Positions 1 through 10,296 of a stretch of 64,000 nucleotides of DNA are shown piece by piece (the stretch's first letter is position 1; each line of letters starts with the position of its first letter). The translations under genes and the position numbers were made by a program. The stretch covers positions 32,001-96,000 of the forward strand of contig JBIPSI010000015.1 of the NCBI GenBank assembly GCA_044070495.1, written 5' to 3'. The notes below the pieces were generated by a model. That model ran no database searches. It saw only the letters and a program-made list of their open reading frames with translations, and was not told the origin of the DNA. Source of the DNA: Spirulina sp. (GTDB lineage: Bacteria > Cyanobacteriota > Cyanobacteriia > Phormidesmidales > Phormidesmidaceae).

Positions 1-210
1 AAATCTGGGGTGGATGTCTGGGATGGACAAAAGATCCGTAAAAACACCCATCAACTTTGGGGATGCTTTTCCCTGATTCCTTGGTTCACCCCTGCATATC
101 CTAGTCAGAAGTGTCTAAGGTCAGAATCTTCGCCTGTGTTTTGGTCGAGGTTCTGCCCCTCCGGCCCATGCGCTGTGGCTTGTTATCCACAACCATAGGC
201 CATATCCGGG

Positions 211-2460
211 ATGTCCACCACGCCCTCCAGCCCTAACGAGATGTTTGGTATGTCTAATCTTGATACCGGATCGCCAGATGTGACCGTCCCATTCCCCTTG
301 TCCATGGCGGATCTACCGGGGGCCAACCCTGGCCTAGGACTCGAACCCAGGCATGACCTCCCTGGGGGATCCGAGGGGGCCTGGTGGGCGACGGAGGCAG
401 CGGTGATTGTCCCGTCGCAAGTCTCACCCGTGGCCCTTGGGGAGGGTGTTCTGGCCGATTTCGTGAATTCATTTTCCTGGCTATCGCCCCTAGAGGGTCA
501 GACCGATGATCAGGGGCTGGCTTGGGGGCTGTCCGCCGCCGAGGCGTTAGGTCAATCTCAGCTAACGATTCCAGCCGGACTAGCCCCAGCGGTTGATGCG
601 GCCATCACCCATCTCGCCCAGTTTCGGCAAACGGATACCTGGGCCACCGATCTAACCCTGGCCTTTGGCGATGAGTGGGAGGTTGGCCACGCCGAGCACT
701 GGTTGGATAGTCTTCTGCAAGCCTCCGCTTGGCCCACCATCACCCTGCTGCCCCTGGCCGATCTCAAGGCCTACGGGGCCTACGCCCCCGACCTAGATCG
801 CCTGTTCCTAGCCCAGGAGGTGGTGGATTCTCCGGCCCTCCATTCCCTGGCGGTTGATGTGCTGCTGGAGGAGGTGGGGCACTGGCTGGATCATCGGCTT
901 AACCCCACCGATTCCCCTGGAGATGAAGGGGAACGCTTCAGCGCCCTGGTTCAGCAGCGGGTTCTGCCACCCTCAGAAATCGCTCCCATCCAGGCCGAGA
1001 ACGACTGGGCTACCCTGGTTTGGCAGGGGCAGACCTGGGCTGTGGAACAATCGGCGGCCCCTGGAATCTTCACCGTCGGAGCCTCTGGCCAAGTGAATGT
1101 GGAGTTTCTCTTTGATAGCGGCGCGTACCAAGGGGAAGTGGGGATATTCAGCCTGACGGGCCTGGAGACCCTCGCACCTGGATCGCCAGAGTTCATTGCC
1201 GCCGCCGTGCAGCGTGCCCTCAGCAACTCTAGCCAGGGCCGTGTGGTGATTTCTACCGCTGGCGAAGGGGCCAGCCTGAGTGGCGAACTGGGGGAGCGCA
1301 ACTACAACGCGGGGACTTCCCTAGGGCCAAAGTCCTTCGCCTTTCAGCCCAACGATACCCTGGCGCTCATCTTGGTGCCCAATGGTACCTTCCAAGCCGT
1401 GGCCAGCAACCCCGCTGTTGAGGGTAATCTTCGCCCCCTCTTTTCCCTCGCCGCCGCCAATCCCCTCGGTCGCGATCACTACGGGGCGATGACCACCAAC
1501 GCCAACGGCCTAGTTCTGGGCCTTGAGGATCTACGCTTCGATGGCAACTCCGATGCCGACTTTAACGATGTCATCCTCAAAATCGAAGGCATCACGGGGC
1601 AGCTTCCCGCCCTCGATAGCCTGGTGCAAAGTCGCCAAACCTGGCTGACCAGCCCCCTCGGTCGCGATCTGTTTAGCATCACCCCCATCAATCCCGTTGA
1701 CCCTAGCGATCCTGGGACGCCTGATCCCCCTGGGACACCCCTGCCCCCGGTTGCTCCCCTACCGCCTACCCCTGGCCTCACCGTCGCCATCAATTCAGAG
1801 GTCGTGAAGTTCTCTCCTGGCGTTACCGAAGCCCAACTCATCGCCAGCGGGGCCGCCCGTATTAGCCTCGGTAGCCAAACCCTCTACATTGGTACGGATC
1901 AGGTCTCAGCCATTAATCAAAACCCGATCCTGGCCAGCTTCGATGCCGTGAACCCTGCCAACAACTGGATCCGCGCCGACTATGAAGCCACCGGAGCCGA
2001 TGGTCGCGGCAATGGCTTGGCCGTTACTCCCTCCGGGGAAGTCTATGCCTTCTTCTCCGTCGATGGCACCCAAGGCACTCCCGATCAAGATTTCCGTCGT
2101 GCCAGCACCGCCGCCGAACAAGCCTGGTTGCGGAGCTACGGCCAGGGCGGTGGGCCAAAGGTATCAGTGATTGGCAAAATTGATCCCGCCACGGGCAGCC
2201 TCGTCGCCGCCGCCTACCTGTCGGCCATCCTCAGCAATGGCAACAGCAACAGCCTCACGATCACCGGATTAGCGGTGCAGCCCAACGGCAATTTGCGAAT
2301 CAGCGCCCAGTCCTTCTTTGCCCCCCGGCAGCCCAATGGTCAGGCCATGATCCTAGACAGCGACCCCACCACCCCAGACACCTCTCCCTTCCCCTACTTC
2401 ATCGAGATCACCCCTGACCTCAGACGCGTGGTCAGCACCGCTGCCGTGGGGTGGATTTAA
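211..2460 (+). CDS. Modular cyanobacterial protein with DUF4114-like domain
   Basis: Motif GLEDLRFDGNSDADFNDVILKI typical of DUF4114; N-terminal LLEEVGHWLD...DSPGDEG module seen in large cyanobacterial surface proteins; Pro-rich linker before a C-terminal domain. Confidence 0.7.
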   Translation: MSTTPSSPNEMFGMSNLDTGSPDVTVPFPLSMADLPGANPGLGLEPRHDLPGGSEGAWWATEAAVIVPSQVSPVALGEGVLADFVNSFSWLSPLEGQTDDQGLAWGLSAAEALGQSQLTIPAGLAPAVDAAITHLAQFRQTDTWATDLTLAFGDEWEVGHAEHWLDSLLQASAWPTITLLPLADLKAYGAYAPDLDRLFLAQEVVDSPALHSLAVDVLLEEVGHWLDHRLNPTDSPGDEGERFSALVQQRVLPPSEIAPIQAENDWATLVWQGQTWAVEQSAAPGIFTVGASGQVNVEFLFDSGAYQGEVGIFSLTGLETLAPGSPEFIAAAVQRALSNSSQGRVVISTAGEGASLSGELGERNYNAGTSLGPKSFAFQPNDTLALILVPNGTFQAVASNPAVEGNLRPLFSLAAANPLGRDHYGAMTTNANGLVLGLEDLRFDGNSDADFNDVILKIEGITGQLPALDSLVQSRQTWLTSPLGRDLFSITPINPVDPSDPGTPDPPGTPLPPVAPLPPTPGLTVAINSEVVKFSPGVTEAQLIASGAARISLGSQTLYIGTDQVSAINQNPILASFDAVNPANNWIRADYEATGADGRGNGLAVTPSGEVYAFFSVDGTQGTPDQDFRRASTAAEQAWLRSYGQGGGPKVSVIGKIDPATGSLVAAAYLSAILSNGNSNSLTITGLAVQPNGNLRISAQSFFAPRQPNGQAMILDSDPTTPDTSPFPYFIEITPDLRRVVSTAAVGWI

Positions 2461-2665
2461 AGCACCAGCCCTAACGCTACGGAATCACGACACCCCCTAG
2501 AATCCCTCGCCTTAGGCCACATCCGCACCCCAGACCTCCGATTCCCAAAAGGCAGGCTGTAGGCACGGCACAGTCTACACGGCTATACGTCGGCAACCCC
2601 CTGATCGGTGGGATGAGCCGCAAGGCACCGCTGGGGAATTGGGTGTAGCCAGGCCGGATTTCGTA

Positions 2666-4918
2666 TTAGAAATAGAGCAGTAGATTAAGGCCGGGGATGG
2701 TGCGGGAGAGCGTCCAGAGTAGTAGGGCGGTGTAGAGCAGCCCTAGGCCCCATTGATACCAGACCAAGGCGGTGACCAGACCGGGAACGTTTTGGTCGCG
2801 TAGGCGGATGTCGTTGAAGCCGAATTTGAGCCAGTTGTTGAGGCTGAAGTCGAGATAATTCAGCCAGTTCCAGCGGCGGTCTAGGAGGATGGGGGTGTAG
2901 CGATCTTTGAAAAAGGGAAATTTGGGAATCACAGGCAGGCGGGCGATCAGGAGGCGCAGTTGGCGCATACTGCCGTCTTCTAGCAGGTAGCTTTCGTGAA
3001 TTTGGTCGTGGAAGCGGCCTTGTTTGAGCAGGAGGGCGATCAGCAGCAGGGGCACCGGGAAGATCAGCAGCCCTAGGCATAGCAGGGTGAACTGGGGATA
3101 GTCGGCGGAACGCAGCAGGTTATTCAGTCCCAGGATCAGCAGCAGGCCACCGCTTCCGCCTAACCACAATCCTTCACTGAGGGGCGGCAGAATGGGAGTG
3201 GGCGTGCGACGACGGTAGCGATCCACAAACCAAACCATGGCGGCAAAGACGGGAATGGTCACTAGACCGATGCCGAAGATCAGCCCAAAGCTGGTGCCAT
3301 AGTGGCTAAGCACAATCAACACCGCTAGGATGACCCACCGTAGGGCAAGGGTCAATCGTCCCCCCAGGGCGTTTTGGCGGCGCGTTAGAACGTGGTCTCG
3401 CACCTTGACGTAGGCCGCGAGGTCGATACCTTTGACGTTCAGGATATCGTCCACCCCTAGAAAGGGTTTTTCCTGGCGATAGGCAATGAGGGCCGCTGCC
3501 TGGGATTCTTTAAATCCAGCCTTGATCAGGGCCGCTAGGGAGGCATGGTTGAGGTCGGCTCCGATCAGTTGGCGCTGCCAGTCCTTGAGGCGTAGGCGTT
3601 CGGTGGTGTAGGCGATGCGGTTGGCGTCGCTGATTTGTTCCAACTGGCGGAAGTTGCGCTCTAGGTTGCGCAGCAGGGTTTCGTTGCCAGCCAACTGCGG
3701 TACCGAAAAGGCTCGTCCGATGCGCCCTGGGCTGCCCAGAATGCGGGTCTGCTCGACGCTAAATTCCATCCCGGCCACATTGAGGTAGGCGGTGGGCTGA
3801 AACAGGGTATCGCCAAAGTCGGCCTCTGGCCCCAGCAGCACGTTACGCAGATTGACGGGAGCACCAAACCGAGCCTGACGCAAAATGAGCGGCGCTTCAA
3901 AGCGGGCCTCGGTAAAGAAGAGGGCTTGGTCGAAGCGATCCCGCAGGAAAAAGGCGGTGCCCTGCCAGAGGGTGCGGGCAAAGTCGGCGGTGCCCTGCCA
4001 CTGGATGCGGCTAAAGTTCAAATCTCCCATCAACTGGCTGCCGCTGAAGTTGGCGTTGGTCTTAAATTCTGCCCCCTGAAAGTTGGCCCCCTGGCGAAAG
4101 AATCCCTGATCAAACCGGGCTGGGGCAAAGAAAATGGCGCTTTTGGCCTGTACCCGCCCCCGAAAGTCGGCCCCGACGAGGTTCACCTCTCGGTTAAACC
4201 GCGCCCCAGAGAGGTAGACCTCCTGATTAAACACCGCCCCCTGGGCCAAAATGCGTCCCAAAACGTAGGTTTCACCCGCCGTAAAGCTCCCCTCAAACCG
4301 GGTTTGCACCGCCAGCAACGGCCCTCGAACCAGGTAAATTTCCTGGGGGGTACTGTCGGCCTGAATCAGCAGCGATTGGGATAGGCGGCTCAGTTGGGAC
4401 AACCGCTGCCGATCCCGCTTCAGTTGCGACAGCCCCTCTGGACTGAGCAGGGGGGCTAGGGTTTCGCCGTAGAGGGGTTCCCGCTGGCCCAGTTGTTGCA
4501 GGTCAAAATCGCCCTGCACAATGGCATAGCTGAGGTCGAGGACGGGGGGCGTGGCGGGCCGCTGGAGGCCGTTGCTCAGCAGCCGATAGAAACTGGTGGC
4601 AAAGTCTGGGTCGGTTTTGAGGTCGATGGTGAAGGAGCGCAGATCAATTACCGTGCGCCCCTCCCGCTGTAGAGGATTAGCCACCCGCTGCCGCAACACC
4701 TCCGCCGTCAATACCGGATGGGCCGAGACCCCATTGGCCGCCATCGCCACGGGCATGAATAGCATTTGCCCCAGCAAAATCGCCATCGCCCCAAGCCCCA
4801 TCAGTGCCCCCAGTCGTAGGGGGCACGTCCGCACAAAGCGCCTAGGAAACCACGGCAAACCTAGGGGGAAACCTTGGGGAAAAACGGACACAGCAACAGA
4901 ACCGCAACGGGTGCCCAA
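2666..4918 (-). CDS. Pentapeptide-repeat membrane protein with helix-hairpin-helix domain
   Basis: A(D/N)F-type pentapeptide repeats (ANFQGAEFKTNANFSGS), ComEA-like HhH segment (DLNHASLAAL...PFLGVDDILNVKGID), several C-terminal TM helices; start codon uncertain. Confidence 0.75.
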   Translation of the reverse strand: MGTRCGSVAVSVFPQGFPLGLPWFPRRFVRTCPLRLGALMGLGAMAILLGQMLFMPVAMAANGVSAHPVLTAEVLRQRVANPLQREGRTVIDLRSFTIDLKTDPDFATSFYRLLSNGLQRPATPPVLDLSYAIVQGDFDLQQLGQREPLYGETLAPLLSPEGLSQLKRDRQRLSQLSRLSQSLLIQADSTPQEIYLVRGPLLAVQTRFEGSFTAGETYVLGRILAQGAVFNQEVYLSGARFNREVNLVGADFRGRVQAKSAIFFAPARFDQGFFRQGANFQGAEFKTNANFSGSQLMGDLNFSRIQWQGTADFARTLWQGTAFFLRDRFDQALFFTEARFEAPLILRQARFGAPVNLRNVLLGPEADFGDTLFQPTAYLNVAGMEFSVEQTRILGSPGRIGRAFSVPQLAGNETLLRNLERNFRQLEQISDANRIAYTTERLRLKDWQRQLIGADLNHASLAALIKAGFKESQAAALIAYRQEKPFLGVDDILNVKGIDLAAYVKVRDHVLTRRQNALGGRLTLALRWVILAVLIVLSHYGTSFGLIFGIGLVTIPVFAAMVWFVDRYRRRTPTPILPPLSEGLWLGGSGGLLLILGLNNLLRSADYPQFTLLCLGLLIFPVPLLLIALLLKQGRFHDQIHESYLLEDGSMRQLRLLIARLPVIPKFPFFKDRYTPILLDRRWNWLNYLDFSLNNWLKFGFNDIRLRDQNVPGLVTALVWYQWGLGLLYTALLLWTLSRTIPGLNLLLYF

Positions 4919-4964
4919 TCAGGATAGGTCAAGAATAACGCTGTGCCTAGCTAGGAACGGAGTG

Positions 4965-6299
4965 CTAGGAACGGGGTTCCAGACGTACCAAGCGACCATT
5001 GGGATCGTCGGTGAGCACGTAAAGGAAGCCATCTGGCCCTTGGCGCACATCCCGAACCCGTTGACCGATGGGGATCTGGCTTTGCGCGATCACCTGGCCC
5101 TGATCATCCACCTCAAGGCGCAGCACCGATTGAGATACCAACCCCCCTGCAAACAGATGCCCCTGCCATTGAGGATAGCGATCTCCCCGATACACCGCTA
5201 GGCCAGAGGGCGCAATGGCGGGCGTCCAATAGAGAACGGGATCGACCATGCCGGGGCGCGATACTTCGCTGGAAATGGGGCCGCCAGAATATTCTTCGCT
5301 GTAGGTGACCACGGGCCAGCCAAAGTTGCCGCCCGCCTGCAAGCGGTTCAGTTCGTCGCCCCCGCGTGAACCGTGCTCGGTGCTCCACAGTTGCCCCGTG
5401 ACCGGATCCAGCGCTACGCCCTGAATGTTGCGGTGGCCATAGCTCCACAGGGCGGGGGCGGCATCGGTCTGATCTACGGGCTGATTTACAGCCTGATCGA
5501 CAAAGGGGTTATCCGCCGGAATGGTGCCGTCCTCCTGAATCCGCACAATGCTGCCGAGGTGGCTTTGCCGATTTTGGGCCTGGTGCCGAATCAGTTCGCC
5601 ATCCAGCCGTAGGGGAGGGTTGCCACCATCGCCAACGGCCACCAGCAGCGTGCCATCGGGCAACCACAGCAGCCGAGAGCCGAAGTGCTGCCCCTGCTCC
5701 TTGTCGCGGTTGGTTTCAAAAATCACCGTCCAATTGGTGAAGGTCTGATCCTCCAGCCGCGCCCGCGCCACCCGCAGCCGATTGGCTTCCCTGGTGCCGT
5801 GGGCGTAGGCGAAATAGACCCAGTTGTTGGCCTCAAACTGAGGGTGGATGGCGATATCCAGCAGCCCACCCTGGCGTTCGGCCAGCACCGGGGCTACCCC
5901 CGCCAAGGGCACCGGATCTAGCACGCCATTCCGCACCCGCCGCACCCGGCCAGGCCGCTCGGTAATTAGCATGGTGCCATCGGGTAGCCACGCCATACCC
6001 CAAGGACGCTCCAGTCCCTCTAGCACCGTCACAGGCTCGACTTCGGTGGATACCAGAGGATTGGGGTCAGCCGCGATGGTGATCGGCGTTGGAGATGCTG
6101 GATTCGTGGCGGACTCTGGAGTGGGACTGGTCTCAGGTTCAACTTCGGATGGAGCCGTAGAGGCCGTATCTTCCGCCGAATCCACGGCATTTAATCCAGG
6201 GAATGCACATCCCCCCAACAGCAGCGCTAGAGCCAGGGCAAACGCCCCTTGCTGCAACCCTCGATCCGTCATCGCAGGCGCACATCGACATTTCACCAT
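4965..6299 (-). CDS. PQQ-dependent sugar dehydrogenase (GSDH/YliI family) lipoprotein
   Basis: GLERPWGMAWLPDG, QGGLLD, HFGSRL, SYGHRNIQG, EHGSRGGDELN motifs; lipobox LLGGC; true start probably a few codons downstream. Confidence 0.9.
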   Translation of the reverse strand: MVKCRCAPAMTDRGLQQGAFALALALLLGGCAFPGLNAVDSAEDTASTAPSEVEPETSPTPESATNPASPTPITIAADPNPLVSTEVEPVTVLEGLERPWGMAWLPDGTMLITERPGRVRRVRNGVLDPVPLAGVAPVLAERQGGLLDIAIHPQFEANNWVYFAYAHGTREANRLRVARARLEDQTFTNWTVIFETNRDKEQGQHFGSRLLWLPDGTLLVAVGDGGNPPLRLDGELIRHQAQNRQSHLGSIVRIQEDGTIPADNPFVDQAVNQPVDQTDAAPALWSYGHRNIQGVALDPVTGQLWSTEHGSRGGDELNRLQAGGNFGWPVVTYSEEYSGGPISSEVSRPGMVDPVLYWTPAIAPSGLAVYRGDRYPQWQGHLFAGGLVSQSVLRLEVDDQGQVIAQSQIPIGQRVRDVRQGPDGFLYVLTDDPNGRLVRLEPRS

Positions 6300-6350
6300 G
6301 GGAAGTACCGCAGATTATCAACAGACCGCCAACAGAGCATTAACGCTTGG

Positions 6351-6935
6351 CTAGAGGAGCTTGGCGGTGGTTTGGGCCAGGGTAGCCCCCAAATTTAGGA
6401 TAGCGTGCCGCTGGGAATCGTCCGTGAGGTGGCCGTTTTCGTTGAACACCTGGTAGGCATTGGGTACCGCCTGCTGAGCGGGAATCACCAGCACCCCTAG
6501 GCCCGTCAAAATTTGGCGCAGGTGATTCAGCCCCCGCAATCCCCCCAATCCACCGGGGGAGGTGGCCATAATTGCCGCCGTTTTGCCCCCAAAGCAGCTC
6601 AGGGCCAAGGGCGCTTCCCCATTGTCGGGACGGGATGCCCAGTCGATCATATTTTTTAAGGCTCCGGTGAGGGAACCGTTGTATTCCGGCGAGGCGATCA
6701 AAAAGCCGTCCGCCGCCTGCATGAGCGCCTTGAGTTTTAAGACCGATTCGGGAAAGCCATGCTCGTCAAACCAGTCTTGGTCGTAGAGAGGCATGGGAAA
6801 GTCCTTGAGGTGCAGCGTGGTAACTTCGGCCCCGGCCTGGGCGGCCCCAGCGGCGGCGACTTGCACCAGCAGCGCATTCAGGGATTTTTTCCGCAAACTG
6901 CCCGAAAATGCCAGTAACTTGGGTTGACGGGTCAT
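6351..6935 (-). CDS. NADPH-dependent FMN reductase
   Basis: GSLRKKSLN, SPEYNGS, LKNMIDWASR, SPGGLGG motifs. Confidence 0.92.
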   Translation of the reverse strand: MTRQPKLLAFSGSLRKKSLNALLVQVAAAGAAQAGAEVTTLHLKDFPMPLYDQDWFDEHGFPESVLKLKALMQAADGFLIASPEYNGSLTGALKNMIDWASRPDNGEAPLALSCFGGKTAAIMATSPGGLGGLRGLNHLRQILTGLGVLVIPAQQAVPNAYQVFNENGHLTDDSQRHAILNLGATLAQTTAKLL

Positions 6936-7086
6936 TGAGATCGTCTCCTAAGCGAGATTGCAATCGAGAGAACAGCAGGTCAACCTCCCACAACGGAGAT
7001 GCCCCTAATGGACAAAACTTTTGAACCCAATCCTGAATTACACCCTCTTAGAGAGGAACTGGGGGTGAAGGCAAAGCGCCTTGCAC

Positions 7087-7650
7087 CTACACAAACAATT
7101 GGGCCATGGTCACTTGAAAACCGGGCAGCAGTGGTGTTGTAAGCGTGTCTTCTATTAACAGAGTATTGACCAGACAGAGTTGGGCCTCGGTGCGGCAATA
7201 TCGCTCCAGGGTTTGATGTTGCCAATTGACAACCCAATATTCCTGCACGCCGTAGCGAGAATACAGCTTGAGCTTCACCTCTTTATCCCGCTGCTCGTTT
7301 AGGGATCCAGGGGAAAGCACTTCTACCATCAGTTCTGGGACAGTGATCAAATGCCCCGCCTCATCCAGACCATTTGCAAGCCGCCCGTGGCTAATCCAAA
7401 CGACATCGGGAATCACGGCATCGGTGGGCGTAAAAATCACTCCCGGAGCTTGAAACGGCTTTCCCAACTGAGTTTGCCGCGACCAAGCCTCTAGCTCAAA
7501 GTGAATGTTTCCGCCTACGCCCTGATGGCGAAGGTGCGGTGCCCTGGTCACGGAGAGTTCTCCGTCAATAATTTCGTAACGCTTCCAGCCGCCGTCATCG
7601 GGCATGGCATCGAGGTCTCGTGTTGTCCAGCGCAGGGAAGGGGAAACCAT
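7087..7650 (-). CDS. Uma2 family endonuclease
   Basis: RYEIIDGEL, PDVVW, PELMVEVLSP, GVQEYWVV motifs. Confidence 0.92.
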   Translation of the reverse strand: MVSPSLRWTTRDLDAMPDDGGWKRYEIIDGELSVTRAPHLRHQGVGGNIHFELEAWSRQTQLGKPFQAPGVIFTPTDAVIPDVVWISHGRLANGLDEAGHLITVPELMVEVLSPGSLNEQRDKEVKLKLYSRYGVQEYWVVNWQHQTLERYCRTEAQLCLVNTLLIEDTLTTPLLPGFQVTMAQLFV

Positions 7651-7763
7651 CGGTTTGGCAGGTCAGCGTACGCCTATTTTAGCCTCGGCTTGGGTTAAAC
7701 GCCGTGATCGGATACCCTAGCGGCTTAACGCGAACTGAGGCGACGAGAGCAAGGCCCAGAGAC

Positions 7764-8000
7764 CTACAACTTGGCGTGGGCACCATCGCAGAAGGGCGGA
7801 TTATTGGTACGCTTGCAGGCACAGAGCGCCACCTTTTTCTGGGCCTCTAGGGTGAACTTCATGGGGGTGAAGTCTGTGCCTTTGTGGCTCCCATCGCAAA
7901 AGGGCTGATTGTCGGATTGGCCGCAGCTACACCAGTAGTAATCGCCCGCTTCTAGGGTGGTGACCACGGGCTTGGTATCGGCAATAACGGGTTCAGACAT
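7764..8000 (-). CDS. CDGSH iron-sulfur domain protein (two CDGSH domains)
   Basis: WCSCGQSDNQPFCDGSH and LCACKRTNNPPFCDGAH. Confidence 0.95.
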   Translation of the reverse strand: MSEPVIADTKPVVTTLEAGDYYWCSCGQSDNQPFCDGSHKGTDFTPMKFTLEAQKKVALCACKRTNNPPFCDGAHAKL

Positions 8001-8134
8001 GGGTATTTTCCTCGGTTAAAAAACGTGATTCGACAACGCCACAATCGGGAGAGATTCCAGGTTTTTTCAGCCTTATAGCAACAACCTGCCCAAACGAGAT
8101 CCAAGGGTTCTTTAGCCTTGCAGCAACAACCTTA

Positions 8135-8284
8135 GCTGATTGCCTGACACATCTCCCATGTAGGTTGGGTGCAGCGGAGCGGAACCCAACACTCGCCGAG
8201 GATTTCGGGCTTGTTGGGTTCTGCTATCGCGCCACCCAACCTACGAGAGACAAGGGGTTTTCGGGATTGTGTCAGTCAGTCAGC
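8135..8284. repeat. MITE-like element enclosing a GTAGGTTGGGT...ACCCAACCTAC REP-like palindrome
   Basis: Imperfect terminal inverted repeats GCTGATTGCCTGACACA / TGTGTCAGTCAGTCAGC, CTTA on both flanks, internal palindrome 8160-8243 also present at 40408 and 41504. Confidence 0.65.
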
Positions 8285-8435
8285 CTTAGGACAGTGCCAA
8301 GGTAGAACCCTGGGATCTTGGCCTAAGGTAATCCGAGGGGTCGTTCCCCCACATCTCCCAAAAAGGTGGACTTTGGCCCCAATGCGACCTTTCTTAGGGA
8401 GGGCTAGGGCGGATTTCCCAGGGGGGGAGCTTGCC

Positions 8436-9140
8436 CTAGGCGGCCATATCAAACAGCAGGAACTCCGTTTCGGCGGCGGTGCTGACTAGGGTGAGATCTT
8501 GCAGGTCTTGGATGGCGGCCCCATCCCCGGCGGTTAGCGCTTGGCCATTGAGTTCCAGCGATCCCTGTGCCACCTGAAGCCACGCGATCCGCCCCTCAGC
8601 GAGGGTGTGGCTCACCTGGTCGCCTTCGCCCAGCAAGGCGCTGTAGAGGCTGACATCCTGGTGAATGGTCACCGATCCATCGCGGCCATCCTGGGAACCA
8701 ATCAGGCGCAGACGGCCCTGCTTTTCGGAGGGGTCAATATAAATTTGTTCGTAGCCCGGATCGATGCCGTTGGTGGCAGGAAGCAGCCAAATTTGCAGCA
8801 AATGCACCGGGTCGGTTTCCGAGGCATTGAACTCGCTGTGCATAATGCCCGTCCCCGCCGACATCCGCTGCACATCCCCAGGGCGAATGATGGATCCGTT
8901 GCCAATGCTGTCCTTGTGCTCCAGGGATCCGGCCAGCACGTAGGTGACAATCTCCATATCCCGGTGACCGTGGGTGCCAAAGCCTTGGCTGGGGCTAATT
9001 TTGTCTTCGTTGATCACCCGCAGCGGCCCAAACCCCATGTGCCGAGGATCGTAGTAATTGCTGAAGGAAAAAGAATGGCGAGTATCCAACCAGCCAAAGT
9101 TGGCCGCGCCTCGCTCGTTAGACGGACGGATCGTAATCAT
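8436..9140 (-). CDS. Pirin family protein (YhhW-like)
   Basis: [38 protein letters not shown] motifs. Confidence 0.95.
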   Translation of the reverse strand: MITIRPSNERGAANFGWLDTRHSFSFSNYYDPRHMGFGPLRVINEDKISPSQGFGTHGHRDMEIVTYVLAGSLEHKDSIGNGSIIRPGDVQRMSAGTGIMHSEFNASETDPVHLLQIWLLPATNGIDPGYEQIYIDPSEKQGRLRLIGSQDGRDGSVTIHQDVSLYSALLGEGDQVSHTLAEGRIAWLQVAQGSLELNGQALTAGDGAAIQDLQDLTLVSTAAETEFLLFDMAA

Positions 9141-9235
9141 GACGACACCTCCTAAAAAAATTGGGGCGAATGTGTTTGCCCTGCTATTACCCTAGACTGA
9201 ATCCTCAAAAAAGACAATAATCAATTTTATGGACT

Positions 9236-9260
9236 AATTGTCTCTAAAATAAAGACAATT
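9236..9260. promoter_or_regulatory. Palindromic operator between divergent pirin and LysR genes
   Basis: Perfect inverted repeat AATTGTCT-N9-AGACAATT plus an extra AGACAAT half-site at ~9212. Confidence 0.55.
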
Positions 9261-9278
9261 CTGTATTGGCCCTTCCCT

Positions 9279-9307
9279 GTACGGGCGCACAGCAGTGCGC
9301 CCCAACC
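9279..9307. repeat. Short REP-like palindrome (GGGCGCAC-NGCA-GTGCGCCC)
   Basis: Near-identical copy at 18837-18864. Confidence 0.7.
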
Positions 9308-9334
9308 ATCCCCCATTCCCACGATCCAATCTCT

Positions 9335-10222
9335 ATGGACAAATTCGAGAGCATTCGCGCCTTTACCCAAGTGGTGGAATCCGGTGGCTTTGCCGCCGCC
9401 GCCCGCCAAATGGGCTTATCCCGTTCGGCGGTCAACAAACTGGTGATCAACCTAGAAGACGACCTACAAACCCAACTGCTGCACCGCACTACCCGGCGAG
9501 TTTCAACGACGGCGGCGGGGCGAGCCTTCTATGAGCGCTGCGTCAACATTCTGGCGGATTTGGAGGAGGCCGAACTGGCCCTATCCCGCTTGCAGGAGGA
9601 ACCCAGGGGAAACCTGCGGGTGAATGCGCCCATGACCTTTGGAACGCTCCACCTTGGCCCGCTTTTAGTGGACTTTATGGCTCAATATCCCGATTTACAG
9701 GTGGAACTGAGCCTCAATGACCGTTTCATCGACCCCATTGATGAGGGCTTTGATGTCACAGTCCGCATCGCCCCAGACCCCGGTGCAGTCAGCCTCATTG
9801 CCCACCCCCTGGCCCCCTGCCCCATGGTGATTTGCGCGGCCCCCACCTACCTCCAGCGATGGGGCACCCCAACCCAACCCACCGACCTCGAACACCACGC
9901 CTGCCTCCACTACGGCCATCGTTCCCAGGACAATGTGTGGACGCTGACAGATGCCCACCAGGGGCCAACGGTGGTGTCTGTCCATGGCCCCCTTTGCTGT
10001 AACAACGGTGAGGTGCTAACCCAAGCCGCCTTGGCAGGGTTAGGCATTGTGTTGATACCTCGGTTTATTGTGGAAAATGCCCTTCAACAAGGACAATTGC
10101 AGCCAATCTTGACGAATTTTTGCCCCCCAGCAAGCCAAATCTATGCCCTCTATCCCGTCAATCGGCACCTATCAGTCAAGGTAAAAGCACTGATTGAGTT
10201 TCTAAAGAAGCGGTTGGCCTAG
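9335..10222 (+). CDS. LysR family regulator (CrgA/DmlR-like)
   Basis: MDKFESIRAF...GFAAAARQMGLSRSAV HTH; LRVNAPMTFG; divergent from pirin; ATG at 9335 preferred over the ORF-track start. Confidence 0.93.
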   Translation: MDKFESIRAFTQVVESGGFAAAARQMGLSRSAVNKLVINLEDDLQTQLLHRTTRRVSTTAAGRAFYERCVNILADLEEAELALSRLQEEPRGNLRVNAPMTFGTLHLGPLLVDFMAQYPDLQVELSLNDRFIDPIDEGFDVTVRIAPDPGAVSLIAHPLAPCPMVICAAPTYLQRWGTPTQPTDLEHHACLHYGHRSQDNVWTLTDAHQGPTVVSVHGPLCCNNGEVLTQAALAGLGIVLIPRFIVENALQQGQLQPILTNFCPPASQIYALYPVNRHLSVKVKALIEFLKKRLA

Positions 10223-10296
10223 AATCCTTAGCCGTCGTCCCCTAAGTTGAATAAGGTGAACTTTGCCCCATGGCATTCAGCTTTTAAGGACTGCTC

